DNA from: an uncultured Desulfospira sp.
Lineage (GTDB): Bacteria > Desulfobacterota > Desulfobacteria > Desulfobacterales > Desulfobacteraceae
NCBI GenBank assembly: GCA_963663165.1
Contig: OY760175.1
Span: 5,120,001 to 5,184,000 of the forward strand
Reading direction: 5' to 3'
Length of the DNA: 64,000 bases
Shown: positions 29,081 through 37,656 of the stretch, one piece after another
Numbering within the stretch: the first letter of the stretch is position 1
Layout of the letters: each line of letters opens with the position of its first letter
Translations under genes and position numbers: made by a program
The notes under the pieces: model-generated
Database searches by the model: none
What the model saw: only the letters and a program-made list of their open reading frames with translations
What the model was told of the DNA's origin: nothing

Positions 29081-30031
29081 ATGAAGAAGCTTTTGATATC
29101 AGGGCTTGGCGGATCACTGTTCCCGTATCTGGACAAGGCGTTGAACAAACAGTTTTCACTTTTTTATATCGATTCAAACCCTGATCTGAAAAATATATAT
29201 CCCGGCCTTAAGTTTTTTCCGGCCCCTCCGGTGAGGGATCCTGAGTATATTCCCTTTGTGAAAAAGATCGTGGCCGATCATGGGATTGACGCCTATATCC
29301 CCCTGATTGACGAAGAGATCCTTTTGGCCATTGATGCCTTTGAAGATCAGCCGTTTCCCATTGTTGCGGCACCGGACAGAAAATTTAGCCAAATCTGCCT
29401 GGATAAATGGCGGCTCATGTCGGAACTTGAAAAACATGGGGTGTCAAAACTCAAAACATTTCCTGCATCAGACCTTCCGGCTGATTTTAAATTCCCCGCC
29501 TTTATTAAACCAAGGACGGGCAGGGGCTCTAGAGGGATCAGCAGACTGGATTCCTTTGAGCAGCTTGAGGCTTTTTTGCTGCTTAATCCCGTCTATAAAC
29601 CTGAAGAGCTGATTGTTCAGCCCTTTATCGAGGGGCAGGAGTATACGGTTGGTGTGCTAACCAATAATTTGAATGATTTAATCTGTGTTTGCACCAAAAA
29701 GGTTTTCAGCAAAAAAGGCATCACCATGGCCGCGGTCACGGAAAACAATGACACCATCACCGCCCTTTGCCGGGATGTTGTTAAAAAAATGCAGCCCAAA
29801 GGGCCCCTGAACATCCAGCTGTTTCTCTTGCCTGACAACCGCATCCGGATTTTTGAAATTAACCCGAGGTTTTCCACCACCACCATTTTAAGTCTGGAAG
29901 CCGGGGTCAATAAAATGGCTTTGTACATGGATTTTTTTGACCGTCCCTTTGAAGCTGATCCGCTTTATCCTAAGACTGGCATTCATTTATATAGACGGTG
30001 GGACAGCGTTTTTTATGAACAGCCCGATTAA
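29081..30031 (+). CDS. ATP-grasp domain protein
   Basis: IKPRTGRGSRG, QPFIEGQEYTV, FEINPRFS. Confidence 0.85.
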   Translation: MKKLLISGLGGSLFPYLDKALNKQFSLFYIDSNPDLKNIYPGLKFFPAPPVRDPEYIPFVKKIVADHGIDAYIPLIDEEILLAIDAFEDQPFPIVAAPDRKFSQICLDKWRLMSELEKHGVSKLKTFPASDLPADFKFPAFIKPRTGRGSRGISRLDSFEQLEAFLLLNPVYKPEELIVQPFIEGQEYTVGVLTNNLNDLICVCTKKVFSKKGITMAAVTENNDTITALCRDVVKKMQPKGPLNIQLFLLPDNRIRIFEINPRFSTTTILSLEAGVNKMALYMDFFDRPFEADPLYPKTGIHLYRRWDSVFYEQPD

Positions 30032-30908
30032 ACATATTCTTCTGGTTGGGGGGACCGGGTATATTGGCCGGCATTTGGCTGTAGACCTTGGACAAACGTA
30101 TGATGTGTGGATAACCGGCCGGCATGAGCCGCCTTTCCCGGACAGCCGTTTTCTGGCGCTTGACCTTGAATCCCGGGAAACCTTTAAAGTCCTTGAACAG
30201 CAACCGTTTGACCTGATCATTTTTCTGGCCGCTTCTGTCTGCGGCCTTGACAGCACTTCACTGGCCCATCCCGTCTTTGATATCAACGCGGTTCGTTACA
30301 GGGAACTGCTGCAATTTATGGCGGATCAGGGCCTTTGTTCCCGGCTGCTGTACGTATCCTCCATGACGGTTTATGCTCACTGGAATGCTTCACCGGTTCC
30401 GGAATCCGCCCACACCCTTCCATTGCACAGTTACGGCCAAAGCAAGCTCATGGCCGAAACCCTTACCCGGTTTTTTTGCGTTAGAAATGCAATCCCCGGG
30501 ATGATTGTCAGGCTTCCGGGTATTTTTGGCGGGGACCGGCAGTCGGGGTATCTGTATAACATCGCCCGGGCCTGCATGAAAGATGAGCCAGTGAATATTG
30601 ATTCTTCAGGGCTTGGCTTCTGGGAGGCCATGGAGATGGAAGACCTTTGCCGGGCCCTTTTGCTGGTCATCGAAACATATGACTGGAACAAAGGCATTGA
30701 GGTGTTGAATATCTCTTACGGGGAAGAAATTGACTTTATAGAGGCGGCCTTTACCACCAAAAGGCTTTGCCGCTCAATAAGCCCGGTTACCGTTAAAAAA
30801 CCGGTGGGGTACCGGCCCTTTTACATGGACAATGCCCGGCTAAAAGCGCTGACCAATTTTCAGGGAACCTTTGAATCCGGTCTTGAGCGGTTCTTGGAAG
30901 GGGTTTAA
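30015..30908 (+). CDS. NAD-dependent epimerase/dehydratase (SDR)
   Basis: GGTGYIG, SSMTVY, YGQSK. Start moved to MNSPIK. Confidence 0.85.
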   Translation: MNSPIKHILLVGGTGYIGRHLAVDLGQTYDVWITGRHEPPFPDSRFLALDLESRETFKVLEQQPFDLIIFLAASVCGLDSTSLAHPVFDINAVRYRELLQFMADQGLCSRLLYVSSMTVYAHWNASPVPESAHTLPLHSYGQSKLMAETLTRFFCVRNAIPGMIVRLPGIFGGDRQSGYLYNIARACMKDEPVNIDSSGLGFWEAMEMEDLCRALLLVIETYDWNKGIEVLNISYGEEIDFIEAAFTTKRLCRSISPVTVKKPVGYRPFYMDNARLKALTNFQGTFESGLERFLEGV

Positions 30909-30911
30909 GCT

Positions 30912-31628
30912 TTGCTGTTTGCCATTGGTGATATTCACGGGGAATCTGAAAAACTTCACGCGCTGTTATCCCATATCCATGATCTGGATCACCACCCGGA
31001 ACTGGTTTTTCTAGGGGATTATATTGACAAGGGAAAAGATGCCTCAGGCGTGATGATGCTGCTCAAGGATACGGCGACCCGGATACCCTGCCGTTTTTTA
31101 ATGGGAAATCACGAGTATTTCTGGCTCAATCTCCATGAGAAGGGGGAATCGGCCAAAAGATTTCTTGAGCGATACGGGGGAAAGGCAACCGCGGCATCTT
31201 TGGGGTGCAGGGACCTGGCACACACCAGAGAGAAACTGTTGCAAAGCCATGGGGAAATTTTGCTGAATCTATCCCTTTATTATCAAACAGATCATTATAT
31301 ATTTGTCCACAGCGGGATTCCCGGCGAGAAATTCACCCACCGCCCCGAGGACCTGAACCCGGAGGACTTTTTATTCAACCGGTATGATTTTCTTTCACAG
31401 ATCAAAGCTTATGCCAGGCATACGGTTGTTTTCGGGCACACCGCCTTTTATTTCCCTTATGTGGATTCCGTAAAGATTGGAATTGACACGGCCGCCGCAT
31501 ATGCCCCGGATCAGCCCCTTACGGCCCTTTGCCCGGACAAACGGTTTTTCCTTGACTCAAAAGGCACTTTAAAAAAATTAGAACATTTTTTACCCCAGAC
31601 CAGATGCCCGGTAATTTACAGGGGATGA
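30912..31628 (+). CDS. Calcineurin-like metallophosphoesterase
   Basis: GDIHG, GDYIDKG, GNHE, HSG, FGHT, IDT. Confidence 0.88.
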   Translation: MLFAIGDIHGESEKLHALLSHIHDLDHHPELVFLGDYIDKGKDASGVMMLLKDTATRIPCRFLMGNHEYFWLNLHEKGESAKRFLERYGGKATAASLGCRDLAHTREKLLQSHGEILLNLSLYYQTDHYIFVHSGIPGEKFTHRPEDLNPEDFLFNRYDFLSQIKAYARHTVVFGHTAFYFPYVDSVKIGIDTAAAYAPDQPLTALCPDKRFFLDSKGTLKKLEHFLPQTRCPVIYRG

Positions 31629-31648
31629 AAAAAAGAGGGGTGTTCAGG

Positions 31649-33397
31649 TCACTCTTTTTTGATGCTCAGGATATATTTATGCCCGTTCATCTCAAAGAAT
31701 AACGGGTATGCGGTATTGTCTGCAACCCGCATCAGGTTAAACTGCTCTTTTATGGTTTTATTCACATCCAGACGGGAATCTTCAGGGGTTCTTCTGCTGT
31801 AATAAGACGGCTTTCCCTCTTGCTGTTTTGCCTTGGAGATAACCTCAGGGTAGGTGTCCATAAATTCCAGGCAGAGGTCGACGGAATATTGCCCTTGTTT
31901 CTTTCGCAGCGCGTCTGCCAGTTCGTCGCCTTTAAACTGCATCTGCCGTTGGAGGTAAATCTGTCCGCTGTCAACTTGCGGCCGGGCTTCAAAAAGGGTT
32001 ATGGGAATATGGTTTTTTCCTTCCAGGATCTGCCAGGTCAACGGTGACCATCCCCTGCCCGAAGGAAGGTTGCTTTCATGAACTACCAGGTTGTGGGTAT
32101 TCCTGGCCAGCAGATCGTGGGGGATCATCTGTCCGCAGCCTAAAAAAAATGCCGCGTCGCCTTCTTTCAGGTCCGAAACAAGGTGGCCGCTGTTGACCTG
32201 GTGTCCCCTGGCGGTAAGGTCGTGTTCAAGTTGCTGGACAAACGGGTTTATCCAGGACTCTTTGTCCGAGACAATATTAATTTTCAGGTTAAATCCCCGG
32301 GTGCCGTGCATCAGGGATAAAATGATTTTCTGCCTTCCTTTGCCGTCAATAAGGCGGCCTGCGTTATGACTGATTTTTTTTCTTAATTCTTTATTTCCCA
32401 GCAGGGAATTTATTTTTTTGGCCGCTGCTTCTATGGAAATGCTTTCGTGCCAGCCACCGTTTATGCCGGCATTGGCAGTTTCGATCTGTTCAACAATTCT
32501 TTTTTGATTATCGGCAATAACAAAGAAAAGCGTCGGAACGTTAAAATATAAAAGTTCCAACGCCGTGCTGCCCCCGGCAGAAATGGCCGCATCTGCCCAG
32601 ATCATAAGTTCGGGCATGTTGGATGCATTGTCAATCACCTCAATGTCGTGAACAGACGCCTCGGCTTCTTTGGCCACGGATTCATGGTTCTGATTTCCGG
32701 GACCTAGGGCCACTTTGATATTAAGGGTTAAGGCAGGTAACCGGTTTAGGGCTTTAATGGTTTTTAGAGTGACATTGTCAGGGTCAGATCCGCCCATGGT
32801 AACCAGGATATTGGCAATGGGTTCTGTTTTGGGTATATCCGGCCTGTCAGCTGCTAAAAATTCGTCTCTTAACAGGGTGAAATCCGAACCCAGTAATGGT
32901 ATGGTGCCGGGCAGGGTGTGGTAGGGGATGGTCTGTGCCCCGATATTCTGGTTTAACAAAATATCGGCATGGTAAAAGGGCAGGTGGTTATAATCATCAA
33001 TGAGCATCAGCTTTATGCCGTGTGTCCTGATTTTTTTATGATAATCGCAGGTGAACTGGTATCCATCCACCACCATAACCCTTGCGTCCCTTTGGGCGGC
33101 CATGGAAAGAGCGGTGTCAATGTCCGCGGGGTCAGGGCAGCTTTTTTCAATGAGGCAGGTTTCAAAATTCAAGGATTGAAGCCGTTGCAGCAAAGCCTCG
33201 TTTGACAGGCAGCAGATAAACAGCACCGTGCCGCCCTGCTTCACCCATTCCTGGGCCAGGGCAATGCACCGCATGATATGCCCTGTTCCCATTCTGTCAT
33301 CTGCATCGGCCCGGATAATAAGGGTGTTTTTGCCTGAGCGGCCGGGTTGCCCATTGGTCACGATATGCGCCCCTTTTTGGTCATGGGTTTTTAACAC
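31649..33397 (-). CDS. pseG: PseG-like UDP-sugar hydrolase fused to a formyltransferase domain
   Basis: RADA...MGTGHIMRC, TMGGSDP, AGGSTALE, ADNQ; C-terminal HESNLPSGRGWSP and VDSG. The real start may be the GTG at 33361. Confidence 0.82.
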   Translation of the reverse strand: MLKTHDQKGAHIVTNGQPGRSGKNTLIIRADADDRMGTGHIMRCIALAQEWVKQGGTVLFICCLSNEALLQRLQSLNFETCLIEKSCPDPADIDTALSMAAQRDARVMVVDGYQFTCDYHKKIRTHGIKLMLIDDYNHLPFYHADILLNQNIGAQTIPYHTLPGTIPLLGSDFTLLRDEFLAADRPDIPKTEPIANILVTMGGSDPDNVTLKTIKALNRLPALTLNIKVALGPGNQNHESVAKEAEASVHDIEVIDNASNMPELMIWADAAISAGGSTALELLYFNVPTLFFVIADNQKRIVEQIETANAGINGGWHESISIEAAAKKINSLLGNKELRKKISHNAGRLIDGKGRQKIILSLMHGTRGFNLKINIVSDKESWINPFVQQLEHDLTARGHQVNSGHLVSDLKEGDAAFFLGCGQMIPHDLLARNTHNLVVHESNLPSGRGWSPLTWQILEGKNHIPITLFEARPQVDSGQIYLQRQMQFKGDELADALRKKQGQYSVDLCLEFMDTYPEVISKAKQQEGKPSYYSRRTPEDSRLDVNKTIKEQFNLMRVADNTAYPLFFEMNGHKYILSIKKE

Positions 33398-33643
33398 ATC
33401 AAAGGATATTTAACGGTTGCCATATGCTATCAAACATACGGCCGTATATCAATAAATCGGTCATGACGTCTTTCGTTTGGGAGAAATGGCCGGAAATTCA
33501 ATTTTTTTCTTGTATTTTATCCGGGTTTTAATGATAACCCATAGGACGGGGAAAGACCTCTTATAAGAAACTGGAGACAAGAGACAAGAGGGCGGAGTAC
33601 CTGCGGTGCCCAATTTATAGCCTGCTGTTGCCGGTATCTTCAG

Positions 33644-33701
33644 TTTCATTATTTGTTGTGGGCGGGTCTTGATTGGATAACCAAGACGGCCCGTGGCCGT
33701 T
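33644..33701 (-). repeat. ~90-bp dispersed hairpin element, copy C (partial)
   Basis: tttcattatttgttgtgggcgggtcttgattggataaccaagacggcccgtggccgtt. Confidence 0.8.
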
Positions 33702-33737
33702 CAAAAGAAACGCCTGTTTGAAATATGGATGAATGAA

Positions 33738-34424
33738 ATGACCAATATCGCCATCATACCGGCCAGGGGCGGATCAAAACGGCTTCCCATGAAAAATATC
33801 CTGCCGGTGCTGGACCGGCCCATGCTGTCCTATCCGGTAAAAGCAGCCCTTGACAGCCATCTGTTTGATCAGGTGATTGTGTCCACGGAAGATGAAACCA
33901 TTCAGGCGGCCGCCCTTCAAAGCGGGGCACGTGTTCTGGTGCGCCCTGGCGAACTGGCCCGGGACCGTTCCACAGTTGCCCAGGTCTGCGAGCATGTCCT
34001 CAACACCCTTGCCGGGGAAGGCGTAAACCCGGCATGGTTCTGCTGTGTTTACGCCACGGCCCTGTTTTTAAAACCCGAGGATTTCAAGGCGTCTTTTAAC
34101 CTTGGGAAAACCGTTCCTCAAGCCGATGTCATCATGGGGGTTTCCCGGTTTAACCTCCAGCCGTTGCAGGCCATGGAAAGAAAAGACGGGTTTTTAAAGC
34201 CTAAATGGCCTGAATACAAGCTGCAATCCCAGTTTCATCCGGACCTTGTGGCCAGCAACGGCACCCTGTATTGGGCCAGAACAGATTCGTTTTTAAAGAA
34301 AAAAACCTTTTATACCGACCGGCTGACAGGGTATGAAATTCCCTGGATCCGGGCCATTGATGTGGATACCCCCGAAGATTATCAAAATGCCCAAATGCTG
34401 GCCCCCCTTATTTTGGACCGGTAA
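33738..34424 (+). CDS. Acylneuraminate cytidylyltransferase (PseF/NeuA-like)
   Basis: AIIPARGGSKRLPMKNI, VSTED, IDVDTPED. Start placed at MTNIAII. Confidence 0.9.
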   Translation: MTNIAIIPARGGSKRLPMKNILPVLDRPMLSYPVKAALDSHLFDQVIVSTEDETIQAAALQSGARVLVRPGELARDRSTVAQVCEHVLNTLAGEGVNPAWFCCVYATALFLKPEDFKASFNLGKTVPQADVIMGVSRFNLQPLQAMERKDGFLKPKWPEYKLQSQFHPDLVASNGTLYWARTDSFLKKKTFYTDRLTGYEIPWIRAIDVDTPEDYQNAQMLAPLILDR

Positions 34425-34482
34425 ATTTCAAGGGGACACACAGTAAAAGGGCGTTGGCAGAATTTTTTAAAAAAGAGGTCTC

Positions 34483-35547
34483 ATGAATGTTCAATTGGAA
34501 AACAAGACCATTGGGGACGGCAACCCCGTATTTATCGTGTTTGAGGCGGGCCCTACCCATGATGGCCTGGATTGTGCCAAAGCCCTTGTTAAACATGCCG
34601 CAGCGGCCGGGGCCGATGCGGTCAAATTCCAGATCCTGGACCCGGACCGGCTGGTGCCGGATAAAACCCAACGCTTTTCATATGACATCCTGCTGGACAA
34701 AGAGACCGGCCGGCGGGAAATCAAAACAGAACCCCTGTACGATATTTTAAAGCGGCGGTATCTGACATTTGACCAGTGGCGGCAGGTTAAAGCCTGTTGC
34801 GACGAGCTGGGAATCATCTTCTTTTCTACGGCCACGTTTAAAGAAGAAGTGGATTTTTTGAAAGAAATCGGTGCCCGGACCATTAAAATCTGTTCCGGGG
34901 ATATTAACCATCTTCCCTTTATCCGGTATTGCGCCGGGACCGGCATGGCCATCCAGCTGGATACGGGAAATGCCACCATTGGCGAGGTTGAACGGGCCTA
35001 TGACGAAGTGATCCGGGCCGGCAATCCCAATGTGATTATCCACAACTGCCCTTCGGGATATCCGGCCCGCCTTGAAAGCATCAATCTAAAGATGATTCCC
35101 ACCTTAAAACAGATGTTCGGGTGCCCGGTGGCTTTCTCAGACCACACCCCGGGATGGGAAATGGATATTGCCGCAATTGCTTTAGGGGCCAATATGGTGG
35201 AAAAAACCATTACCCCGGACCGGACCACCCCGAGTGTGGAACATCTGTTTTCCATTGAGCCCCATGAAATGAAAGCCTTTGTAACATCGGTCCGGGATCT
35301 TGAAACGGCCCTGGGAGATTCAAGAAGGTGTCTTAAACAAGAGGAGCGCCAACGGGGAATAGGCGTTCGCAGGTCCATTGTGTTAAACCAGGATGTCAAA
35401 AAAGGCCAGACAATAGACAGTTCAATGATCGATTATGCACGGCCCGGAACAGGGATCTCCCCTGACATGGCCGATGTGGTGGTGGGGAAAATATTGACCA
35501 AAGACCGGACCAAAGGGGGAATCCTCCAATGGGGTGACTTTGCGTAG
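34483..35547 (+). CDS. N-acylneuraminate synthase family protein 2
   Basis: FEAGPTHDG, DAVKFQ, FSDHT, VEKT, and a SAF domain (RPGTGI). Confidence 0.88.
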   Translation: MNVQLENKTIGDGNPVFIVFEAGPTHDGLDCAKALVKHAAAAGADAVKFQILDPDRLVPDKTQRFSYDILLDKETGRREIKTEPLYDILKRRYLTFDQWRQVKACCDELGIIFFSTATFKEEVDFLKEIGARTIKICSGDINHLPFIRYCAGTGMAIQLDTGNATIGEVERAYDEVIRAGNPNVIIHNCPSGYPARLESINLKMIPTLKQMFGCPVAFSDHTPGWEMDIAAIALGANMVEKTITPDRTTPSVEHLFSIEPHEMKAFVTSVRDLETALGDSRRCLKQEERQRGIGVRRSIVLNQDVKKGQTIDSSMIDYARPGTGISPDMADVVVGKILTKDRTKGGILQWGDFA

Positions 35548-35574
35548 CTTTAAAGATAAGAAAGAGGAATAAAC

Positions 35575-37050
35575 ATGTCCCTGGTGACCTTGGGTGACTT
35601 GCTTCAAAAAGGACTTGCCTGCCATACGGCAGGCAGATTACAGGAAGCCGAAAAAATATACCGGCAGATTCTCGCACAGGTTCCGGAACATCCAGACGCC
35701 ACCCATTTTATGGGGGTTCTGGCCTACAATGTCGGAAAAAATGATGTGGCCAAGATTTACCTTAGAAAAGCCATTGCGCTGATGCCTGAGAATTCCGCAT
35801 GCTATTGCAATATGGGCAATGTGTTTCAGCATGAAAAAGCGTACGCCAAGTCAATGGTATGGTATAAAATGTCCATTGAATTGAATCCTCAAAACCAAAA
35901 GGCCCACAGCAATCTGGGCGTGGCATATCTCAGGCTTGGGAAATTGGAAAAGGCCTTGAAATCTATTGAGACGGCCATTTCAATTGATCCTGAATACACC
36001 GATGCCCTGGTCAACTACGGTGAAACCCTTAAGGCCATGGGGGATTATGATAAGTCCCTGGACGCATATGATAGGGCCATTGCCATTTCCCCTGAATCCG
36101 TTGACGCCCACTGGAACCGGTCTATTATCTGGCTTACCAAGGGGAATTTCAGGGACGGGTGGCCGGAGTATGAATGGCGGTGGCGCCGTCCGACAACCCG
36201 TAAGCGGATGTTTGCCACGGGAACACTTTGGCAGGGGCAGCCCATTGCGGGAAAAACCCTGTTTGTTTTTGAAGAGCAGGGGCTTGGGGACACCATCCAG
36301 TTTGTCCGTTTCCTTCCCATGCTTAAACCATTGGGCTGCCGGGTGATTTTTGAGGTGGGGTTCCCCCTGATCCGGCTGATGAATGACACGAAATTATATG
36401 ACCGCCTCTGGGTTGGGCTCAAAGATGTGGATACCCGGCCTGTGGACCGGTTTGATTTTTACGCGCCCCTGTTGTCGTTGCCCGGGATTCTAAAGACAGA
36501 GGTTAAGACAATTCCAGCCCATATGCCATACCTTAAAGCGGACTTAAATCTTTGCCGTATCTGGAAAGGCCGGATGGCCCGGGATAACTCTTTTAAGGTG
36601 GGGCTTGTATGGGCAGGTCATCCGGATCATAATAACGATGCCAAGCGGTCCATTCCGTTACAGATGTTTCAGGAACTTGCCCATATTAAAGGCGTTTCTT
36701 TTTACAGCCTTCAAAAAGACAAGCATGACCAGTGGACGGATATGGACAGCCTGAAAATATTTGAAAAGGACTTTGGCCCTGAAATTTCAGACTTTGCAGA
36801 TACGGCCGCCATCATTGAGAATCTGGATCTTGTCATATCCGTGGACACGTCCGTGGTTCATCTGGCCGGTGCTTTGGGCAAACCTGTCTGGACCCTTATC
36901 CCGTTTGAACCTGACTTTCGCTGGCTGCTTGACCGGGAGGATTCCCCCTGGTATCCGACCATGAAACTTTTCAGGCAGCCGGGCTACGGGGCGTGGGAAC
37001 CGGTTTTAAAACGGGTTGCCCAGGCCCTTTCAAAAAAAATTCAGGGGTGA
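35575..37050 (+). CDS. TPR-repeat glycosyltransferase (GT9-like C-terminal domain)
   Basis: About 5 TPRs, then GWPEYEWRW, EQGLGDTIQFVR, VGLVWAG, LDLVISVDTSVVHLAGALG, SPWYP. Confidence 0.88.
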   Translation: MSLVTLGDLLQKGLACHTAGRLQEAEKIYRQILAQVPEHPDATHFMGVLAYNVGKNDVAKIYLRKAIALMPENSACYCNMGNVFQHEKAYAKSMVWYKMSIELNPQNQKAHSNLGVAYLRLGKLEKALKSIETAISIDPEYTDALVNYGETLKAMGDYDKSLDAYDRAIAISPESVDAHWNRSIIWLTKGNFRDGWPEYEWRWRRPTTRKRMFATGTLWQGQPIAGKTLFVFEEQGLGDTIQFVRFLPMLKPLGCRVIFEVGFPLIRLMNDTKLYDRLWVGLKDVDTRPVDRFDFYAPLLSLPGILKTEVKTIPAHMPYLKADLNLCRIWKGRMARDNSFKVGLVWAGHPDHNNDAKRSIPLQMFQELAHIKGVSFYSLQKDKHDQWTDMDSLKIFEKDFGPEISDFADTAAIIENLDLVISVDTSVVHLAGALGKPVWTLIPFEPDFRWLLDREDSPWYPTMKLFRQPGYGAWEPVLKRVAQALSKKIQG

Positions 37051-37144
37051 GGTTTTCAGGCGCTAACACTGACATGTTTTAAAAGAACAGCCGTGGGGTC
37101 TGAACCGGTTCCTGCAGGAAAATAACAAAAAACTAAAAAAACGG

Positions 37145-37173
37145 TTGACAATAAATATCAAAACATATAGATT
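37145..37173 (+). promoter_or_regulatory. Sigma70 promoter of the tRNA operon
   Basis: TTGACA-N17-TAGATT. Confidence 0.75.
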
Positions 37174-37198
37174 GCCCCTGTTTTTCGGAACCGCCTGC

Positions 37199-37274
37199 GG
37201 GCCGTTAACTCAGTTGGCAGAGTATCTGCCTTTTAAGCAGAGAGTCGCTGGTTCGAGCCCAGCACGGCCCACCA
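37199..37274 (+). tRNA. tRNA-Lys(UUU)
   Basis: GGGCCGT acceptor stem, anticodon arm TCTGC-CTTTTAA-GCAGA, GTTCGAG, encoded CCA. Confidence 0.97.
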
Positions 37275-37304
37275 GCACTACTAAGGTGAAGAAAAATCCA
37301 ATGC

Positions 37305-37382
37305 GTCCCCATCGTCTAGCCCGGTCCAGGACACCGGCCTTTCACGCCGGCGACAGGGGTTCGAATCCCCTTGGGGACGCCA
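37305..37382 (+). tRNA. tRNA-Glu(UUC)
   Basis: GTCCCCA acceptor stem, anticodon arm CCGGC-CTTTCAC-GCCGG, GTTCGAAT, encoded CCA. Confidence 0.97.
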
Positions 37383-37393
37383 CTTAGAAAATC

Positions 37394-37425
37394 AAGGCTT
37401 TCAGCAAATTGCTGAGAGCCTTTTT
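37394..37425 (+). terminator. Terminator after the tRNAs
   Basis: aaggctttcagc-aaatt-gctgagagcctt followed by a T-run. Confidence 0.8.
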
Positions 37426-37592
37426 GCTTTGTGGGAAATGTGAATCCCAACCTTCCGCTGCCCTCATACGGTAATATTTTCCCATAATCCTTGGCCAAAG
37501 GGAAATATCTTCCAGAAAAACCCAGATTAATAAAGCGATTTTGTTTTTTTAATGTGTTGATTTTATGTTGGATATTGTATTTTTGCCTTTTT

Positions 37593-37608
37593 TGGCATGA
37601 TCATTGCT
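37593..37608 (+). promoter_or_regulatory. Sigma54 promoter of fliK-flgD-flgE
   Basis: TGGCATGATCATTGCT. Confidence 0.85.
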
Positions 37609-37656
37609 CAATTGATCCTTAACAGGTTTTTCAACAGCTTTATTTGCAGGTGAGAA

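Noticed and set aside
22765..37382. Glycosylation locus as a tRNA-integrated genomic island
   Set aside because: The locus is upstream of the tRNAs, and I found no duplicated tRNA end or integrase.
37145..37498. Short ORFs 37145-37387 and 37316-37498
   Set aside because: They overlap the two tRNA genes.
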